Below, piece after piece: positions 55,890 through 64,000 of a stretch of DNA of 64,000 bases (position 1 is the first letter of the stretch; each line of letters opens with the position of its first letter). The stretch is taken from assembly GCF_009914755.1 (NCBI RefSeq), contig NC_060925.1; one strand, written 5' to 3'. This stretch comes from the human T2T-CHM13v2.0 reference genome, Homo sapiens. The position numbers and the translations under genes are program-made. Below the pieces are notes generated by a model, which did no database searches, was not told the origin of the DNA, and saw only the letters and a program-made list of their open reading frames with translations.

Positions 55890-56570
55890 GAACTAAGAGC
55901 AACTATAAATGAACAAGTTAAAAAATTAGACTTCCTCAAAATTTAAAACTTTTGGTCTTTGATAGACCATATAAGAGAGAATGAAAAGACAACCCACAAA
56001 ATAGAAGGTGAAGCAACATCATGTTCATTCATTTACGACAATGAATTTGCATTCTAAATATATTAAGGACTCTCAAAAAAATTCAGTAACAGAAATAAAA
56101 ATCAATAAAACATAGGCAAAATATTTGGGCAGATATTTTATCAAAAAATATATATGGTTGGATAATAAACACATAAAAATATACTCAATCGCATTAGTCA
56201 TTAGATAACAGAATACTAAAACCATTATGAGGTACCACTTCATGCCTATTAGAATGGCAAAATGATTAAAAAAATAAAATAAAAAGCTGGACATTACCAA
56301 GTTCTGGAAAGAATGTTGAACAACTAGAATGCTTACATCTTGTGGGTGAGACTATAAAATAATGCAGCCCTTTTTGAAATATGGTAATTTCTTACAGAGT
56401 TAAAAGTATACTTACTATATAGCCCAGCAATTTCACTCCTTGTAATTTACCCATAAGAATTTTTTTAAAAAAATTTACAAAAATTATGTGAGTATTTACA
56501 GCAGCATTATTCATAATCACCAAAAATTGGAAATAGACTAAATGTCTGTAAACAAATTGGTATATTCATA
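55890..56570 (+). mobile_element. L1M ORF2 3' fragment
   Basis: 'accattatgaggtaccacttcatgcctattagaatggc'; 'cccagcaatttcactcct'. Confidence 0.8.
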
Positions 56571-57084
56571 TGCCTTTGTACTTCCATGCTTCAGGCTAAA
56601 ATCTTTGTTGACACCACTTTTTCTTGGGCACCATACATTTGACTTCTAAACAAAGACCACAGTTTTACAGTTTTACAATGAAAATACATCCAGGCCCTTT
56701 GTCCCATCTCTAGTTTATACTACCGTCATCTCTCATCTGGACTATAGCAATTGATCCAACCCTGAACATTTATGGGGCCAATGGTTAGAGTAGAAATGGA
56801 AGCTGACATATCATATATCTAAATATGTAAAAGTGTAAATAAAACATCCCAAAAATGATTAAAATATGGCAGCAAAGGAAAAGCCAGGTTATTGACCTTG
56901 GGCACCAGGTGCCTGTTTGTAGCCCGTGTCCTTCTGTTACCACTTAGCCCCCACCCCCACCCTGCTATCTTCCATATATGAGATCTCTCATACAAATACA
57001 TACCATTTAGCTTGTACATTCAAGTTTAGTTCCCAACCTCTGAGAACAACCTGTTTTTGACCACCCCTTAGACTTGGATACATT

Positions 57085-57527
57085 TACCCAGAGGTGGTTA
57101 AATAATCTGTGGAGCCCAGCACAAAATTAAAACAGGGCCCTCTGTTTAAAAGGCAGAGTAAAAAAGGATGCCTGTAAAGTTACTACATATAAACAAATGT
57201 CCTTTCTTCTGTGGTCTTTTTCCTTGTCATCATGTTTTTTGTTGGCTATTTAATATCATTCTACACACTTATCAGAATGACAAATATATATATATATAAA
57301 CTTCTGTGTTTATGTATAAGTACCAAGAAATGATTTACACGCATCTTGCCTATACCTCCTCTGCTTATGCATAAGCTTGATTGGACTTCACTGAACCTCA
57401 TTTACAAGGCAGAAATTCAAATATAAAATTACTAAAATGATGACAAATGCATTCAGCTAACTGGGGTCCCTTCTGAATATGGGGTCCTATGTGACTACAA
57501 GGATGTTTGCCCATCAAGCCAGCCTTG
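57085..57527 (-). mobile_element. hAT-Tip100 MITE, MER45-like
   Basis: The right end 'ggggtcccttctgaatatggggtcctatgtgactaca...gcccatcaagccagccttg' resembles the reverse complement of the MER45 terminus. Confidence 0.6.
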
Positions 57528-57775
57528 CATACACTACTGGTGTGTTCTGCTCTTGGAGAGGCACACCTGGAGCAGAGTCATGATGCATCAAGATCCAGGG
57601 ATCCAGATGACTAGAGAATGGAAGAGGACAGGTGGGATCTGGGTTGGTGGGAATGTATTCTCTTTGCTTCATGGATTTCTCATTGAGAAAGGCGCAGGAG
57701 TAGAGTTTAGGACAGAAGTTTCTCTTCTAAGCTTAAGGGAAATAGTCTCCTAAATGGCTTTTGTCTTTTTTTAAC

Positions 57776-58132
57776 TGATATGGTCTGGCTGTGTCCCCAC
57801 CCATATTTTATCTTGAATTGTAGCTCCCACAATTTCCACATGTCCTGGGAGAGATCTGGTGGGCGGTAATTGAATCATGGGAGTGGGTCTTCTTTGTGCT
57901 GTTCTCGTGATGGTGAGTAAGTCTCATAAGATCTGATGGTTTTAAAAAGGGCAGTTCCTCTGCACAAATTCTCTTCTCTTGTCTGCTGCCATGTGAGATG
58001 TGACTTTCACCTTCCACCATGATTTTGAGGCCTCCCCAGACATGTGGAACTGTAAGTCTATTAAACCTTTCTTTTGTAAATTGCCCATTCTCAGCTATGT
58101 CTTTATCAGCAGCACGAAAACAGACTAATACA
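57776..58132 (+). mobile_element. THE1B-like solo LTR
   Basis: TGATATGG...CTAATACA; 5-bp TSD TTAAC at 57771-57775 and 58133-58137. Confidence 0.96.
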
Positions 58133-58149
58133 TTAACCCTACTAACTTA

Positions 58150-58600
58150 TCCTCGTATCATACATAGTAATCCCCTTTAAATATATGTCAGATCATGACA
58201 CTTTTCCACACCAAACCATCAATTGCATTCCATGTTAGAAACAAAACAAAAACCTTATAATGGGCTGCATTGCCCTGGATCACCTGCTCCTCCCCCATTT
58301 CTTTTCTCGCATTATATCTTACTATTATTCTCTCCCTATCTTTACTACAGTTACATTTGTCTCTTTCTCTATTCTTTAAATGCATAACTAAACTCCTGTT
58401 ACCTCTTTCTTTGTAAGTTATTGACAGCTATCTTCTTGATCTCTCCAATTTGCCTTTGTTCTCCATTCATCTAATGCCCATATTGCAAAATTATCTTCTT
58501 AAAATCATAAATTTGAATTGATCATCTAATTTAATATGGCATTCCACTGGATGCAGGGAAAAGTCTAAGTCTCTTAACATGAGAAACAAATAGAATAACC
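58150..58600 (+). mobile_element. L2 fragments
   Basis: 'gtcagatcatgacactt'; 'attccactggatgcagggaaaagtctaagtctcttaacatg'. Confidence 0.55.
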
Positions 58601-60169
58601 TTCATAATAGTTGAGTATATGGCACATATTAAGTACTAAATGAGCAAACGCTATTCTTATAGAGGCAACATTTAGTGATGCACCCAAACACACTCTCCTC
58701 CATGGAACATGGTGTTATTTTACTCTATTTATTGTAATAAACTAATGTCTTCCTCCACCTCAAATAATATTACTTTTCCTATATCTTCTCCTTCCTATTG
58801 CTCCTCTTCTCCTTCTTTCTCTCTGATTTTCCTCTCTTTGTCACCGTTTTACTCACTTTCTCTTACCTCTATCTTTACTCAGTGGTGTTTGCACAATATC
58901 TGCTTAATAGGAAACTCTTCACAGATATGATAGAGAGCACTATTGAGTAATAAATGTTAAGTACCAATAATGCTCAATTGGAATTAAAAAGACTGATCAT
59001 CAGCAATGCAGATTAGTAGAAACCTGCAGTGGGTGTGAAAGAAATTGAGTTAGGTGTAAAATCAATCATATGGTAAGTAAGATGTCACTATTAATGACAG
59101 AAATGTTAACCTTCAGGATTAAGCCCATACTTTCTTGGACTGTTGTTACTTTTTGCTGCCAAATAAATGCTTTGGCTTTTGCCAGTGTATGTGGGCATTA
59201 ATGGTGGATTAGTTGGAGTAACTACAATTATGCAGCTTTCTCACTAGAGATAATACTTTTTCATGCTGTTTATATCATATTCCACAAATCTCAAAGTTTA
59301 TCTAAATTGAATGGTAAATAAAATGCATTTTTATAATATTTGATCATTGTTCTTGGGCAGAACAGCCAAAAATAATCTTTTCATTTGGAGACCTTGCTAG
59401 AAAGGTTTTCAAATCACTTAACTTTTAAAAGTAATATCAAAAGATTATTGTCTCAATTACTAGATTTTTTAAACTGTCAACTTTATGAGAATAATTGAGA
59501 TTTACTTTGATAAATATCCTTTAATGATAAATAGATTGCCCTCCACTATGTATTAAAAAGCAACTTGTTTCCTTTGGACTAAATTTTTATGGTAAAATGC
59601 AAATAATTTTATTTCTTTTAATTTATGATATCATTACCATATCTTGTTACATAAAATGACAATGAGAAAAAACACTCCTGCTGCTGCAATCTGTGCTGAA
59701 AAGCTTCCTCAAAATATATTGTCCCTGTTCCTATCTGTAGTTTTAGCTATAGGAAGTAGGAATTTTCTCACAGTATTTGCTATATGATGCTAGTACTTGG
59801 TGAAAACAGACACTAAAAATATAATGTGAGTTTGCTCAGCTCAAATTACAAGCAGCCAAAGACCTCCAAATAAGAATAATGTGCTTTTAAGGTTTACTTA
59901 TGCCTGTCAACATTCTCTGTGTATTATTATTGGCATTTATTTCCTATTTATATATAAGCAAATTCAACAGGAATTGTTATACCCTATGTTTAATATGATA
60001 CGACAATCCAATTCCAAGTAAAATGTGTGCAGCCTTCTAAGAATAACTTTATAATTTGAATAACTATATCTAATTGGAAGAATAGAAAGTTTTAAGGCAC
60101 ACAAATAACCCAGAGGCTCCTTGTTTTTTTTAGGCTTGAGAAGGCAATGAGCTATTGTGTAATTTACAC

Positions 60170-61440
60170 TGTCAAAAGAAAAAATTACAGAAAACTTAGC
60201 TTAAAGATCTAATTGGCTTTTATTAGCAATTCTACAATTGGGTGACATCTTATTCTATAAAATAGAATAGGTGTTCCAATGAGCTGAGAAGAGAAGTTTG
60301 GCTTTATAGAGAGAAAAAGGCTGAAGAAAGCAGAAACAGAATAAAAAGGGGATAGGTCCTTTCAAAGTTATTTTCCTTCCTTGTGGTGTTAAAACAGAGA
60401 GGACTTTCTTATCATGCCAACTTAGGTAAACTCGTCTCCTTATGTCTGGTTGCTGTGAATCTCCTGTTTTTGTTTTTTTGTTTTGTTTTGTTGAAAAACT
60501 GGCCCATTTCTTTTTTCTTTTTGATTTCCAACTTTTAAGATCAGGGATACATGTGCAGGATGTGCAGGTTTGTTACATAGGTAAATGTGTGCCACGATGC
60601 TTTGCTATACCGATCATCCCATCACTTAGGTATTAAGCCCAGCATCCATTTGCTATTCTTTTTGATGCTATCCCTCCTCCCACCCCCCACCCTCTGACAG
60701 GCCCTAGTGTGTATTGTTGCCCCTCATGTGTCCATGTGTTTTCATTATTCAACTGTACTCTTAAGTGAGAACATGTGGTATTTGGTTTTCTGTTCTTGCA
60801 TTAGTCTGCTGAGGATAATGGCTTCCAGCTCCACCCACGTCCCTGCAAAGGATATGATCTCCTTCCTTTTTATGGCTGCATAGTATTCCATGGTTTACAT
60901 GTACCATATTTTCCTAATCTATTCTATCATTGATGGGCATTTGGGTTGATTCCATGTCTTTGTTATTGTGAATAGTGTTACAGTGAACATACATATGCAT
61001 GTATTTTTAGAATAGAATGATTTATATTCTTTTGGGTATATGCCCAGCAATGGGATTGCTGGGTCAAATGGTATTTCTGCCTCTACGTCTTTGAGGAATC
61101 TCCACACTGTCTTCCACAATGGTTGAACTAATTTACATTCCCACAAACAGTGTAAAAGCATTCCATTTTCTCTATAACTTCACCAGCATCTGTTGTGAAA
61201 AGTAGCCCATTTCAAAGTTGAGTTTGATGTGGTACCTTGCATGAGTGATTCCACTCTGGTTTGGTCTGGTCTGTCGGAACCTAGTGCAGAAAAGCCTAGT
61301 CTAAAGCAATGGCCTATAAATTTTGCTTAGCAATTCTCACCTTTTTGTCAGGTTCTCACTTAGATGAGAGCCTGATCAAAATTTAGGGCATCGGCCCTAC
61401 CCTCAAGTCACCATCACGCTGGGCTTTAAGTCTCAATTGC
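60170..61440 (-). mobile_element. ERV1 (MER4-group) LTR ~60170-61332 plus short internal remnant, interrupted by L1PA
   Basis: 'tgtcaaaaga...ttaaagatctaattggcttttatt'; a - strand purine tract (attctcacctttt on +) abuts the LTR. Confidence 0.6.
60511..61196 (-). mobile_element. 5'-truncated L1PA (older, ~PA8-10-like)
   Basis: 'gatacatgtgcaggatgtgcaggtttgttacataggtaa'; ORF 60919-61161 is the ORF2p C-terminus; degenerate TSD GAAAA..T.GCCCATTTC. Confidence 0.93.
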
Positions 61441-61449
61441 CTTCTGTGG

Positions 61450-61720
61450 ATAGTGATCACAACCTCTATTTTCAGAGTCAGTAATGGCAAGTAGAGCCCC
61501 TTTCACTTCACATCTCTCTGACTAGAGCCTGGAAAGATTCTCTGCCTCTAAGAATTTATGTATTTAGATTATGCCCACCTGGATAATCCAGGATAATTTC
61601 CATACTCAATGTCCTTAAACTTAATTGTGTGTTCAAAGTACCTTTTGCCATGTAGGATAACAGTTCCAAGAATTAAGTTCTAAAGATATACTTGGGGGAT
61701 CTTTTATTCTGCCTTCCACA
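61450..61720 (-). mobile_element. MLT1 LTR fragment
   Basis: 'gcccacctggataatccaggataatttcc'; ends 'tattctgccttccaca'. Confidence 0.7.
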
Positions 61721-61997
61721 GAGGGTGTGAATGTGTTACGTTAAATGGGATCACTACAGTCAGGACACTGACCTGAGTCATACCACTCTGAAATATGACT
61801 TGAAACGGGTAGTGTGCTTAGTGACATAAACAGGCAGGAATCTCAAAGCACCCTCCATGACAGGGGTTGATTTGTAAGAAATTTAATTTCTGGGGAGTAG
61901 TAGTATAAGAGAAACTTTCTTTTATACATATTTTTCATTTTCCACAATTAATTCCTTTGTTCCCTGGGAGGTCCCAGTGTTATAATGAGGATAATAA

Positions 61998-62560
<563 letters not shown>

Positions 62561-62598
62561 CAAAATCACACACACAAAACTATCAGTTAATAGGTTAT

Positions 62599-62887
62599 TG
62601 ATATGGTTTAGATGTTTGTCCCCTCCAAATCTCATGTTGAAATGTGATTCCCAATGTTGGAGATTGGACCTGGTGGGAGGTTACTGGATCATGGGGGCAG
62701 ACCCCTCATGAATGATTTAGCACCATCCGCTTGGTAATAAGTGAGTTCTCGCTCAGTTCAGAGTTCTGGTTATTTAAAGGTCTGGCACATCCCCACCTCA
62801 CTCTCCTGCTCCCTCTCTCACCATGTGATATGCCTACTCCCTCTTCACCTTCCACCATGATTATGAACTTCCTGAGGCCCTTACCAG
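62599..62887 (+). mobile_element. MSTB-like LTR, 3'-truncated
   Basis: 'tgatatggtttagatgtttgtcccctccaaatctcatgttgaaatgtga'; stops at 'cctgaggcccttaccag'. Confidence 0.9.
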
Positions 62888-64000
62888 TTAATTTGCTGGT
62901 GTGCATAAATGTTTTGGGAAGTCCACATGAACAGTAACTAGACTAAGCCAAAATTATAATTGACCTCATATTATGATTCTTCCCCCACTGTAATGCAAAA
63001 CTTGCTATGGTTTGCATTACTTGAAATTCCCCCATCTCCTGCCCACCCAGGTTCCCATAAAATAATGCTAAATGTTGAAATATGAACTGGTCTACACAGA
63101 CTCCAAAAACTATGCAAGAAAACATGGAAACTAATTACAATCATACAGAATCCATACATAAAAAGTGACATTGAAATGGGGAAATAAACATTCAAGACAA
63201 GCACAGTAGGCTCCAGAATCTACACCACACCTTAGAATCAGGTGGAGATTTCACAAGGAAAGGAAAAGACTGTGGGTTGCCAGGGATGAAGGAATGCAGA
63301 AAACATCAACTAGGGCTTTGCCCAAGTGGTGCAATACTGAGATCAGGTGTGCATCTGAGTTTGGATTAGCGGAGACTGGAGAAAGAGGATGATAAAAAGT
63401 GCTTGGGACCAGACTCTGGGAAACTCATAGCCTTTCAGGGTGACCAAGACATAGTGGAAGAGGGTAGAGTTTTCCTCAAGAAAAAAAAAAAAAAAATGGC
63501 AATATGTTGAAGATAAGTGTTCTATTGCAACAAGATAGTATCAAAGGACTGTGATTGAGTTTAAAGAACCTTTTATTTCTAAGAGTGCTGATATCATCAA
63601 TGGGAAAAAGTATTCCTTTTTATTCTATTCTTAAAGTTTGGTTCTGTTTGTCATCTCAAGGGTTTCTCCTGTCAGCAGCCGTGGTACTTACATAAAGGAA
63701 CTTGAATACACAGCTATATTTTGAAAACTGGAAAATTTAACCCAAAGTACATTTTAGCTTTGGAATGCCCTTGGGGATGGAAGTGAATTGCTCAGGAGAT
63801 GAATAATGGGATTCATTACTATGACCCACTGAAATCTAACATAACCCAAGGTATTCCCTTGCTGTTGAGCAGCTTAGAGACGGAGGAGAGTAATGCAGCC
63901 TCACTTAAGTGATTTCTTATCCTGCCACTGAAGCTACCAACCAAAGGCTATTTTCTCCCCACAAATAGAGGTGTATCTATGTTTATTGATATAGGGGACA

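Overview
AT-rich, CpG-depleted primate (almost certainly human or ape) DNA; AluY, THE1 and L1PA elements mark it as primate. Roughly two thirds is recognisable transposon debris: a near-full-length old L1 (L1PB-like), several nested L1M/L1PA pieces, a complete THE1A provirus, MaLR/ERVL/ERV1 LTRs, seven Alu elements or fragments, and MIR, L2 and hAT MITE remnants. No intact host protein-coding gene, RNA gene, CRISPR array or CpG island can be supported; the ORF track is explained by L1/Alu/THE1 remnants and microsatellites. I found no convincing novel biological system. The best leads cluster at 29.1-30.2 kb: a hierarchical hairpin-containing 86-bp tandem repeat and two candidate + strand exons, near a switch in L1 orientation. 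Other leads are a (TTAGGG)3 insertion in an LTR, two neighbouring AluSc copies sharing a rare GG>TT change, a young 106-bp tandem duplication and several deletion or template-switch scars. Subfamily names are from memory of consensus sequences and need RepeatMasker/Dfam confirmation; many boundaries are approximate.
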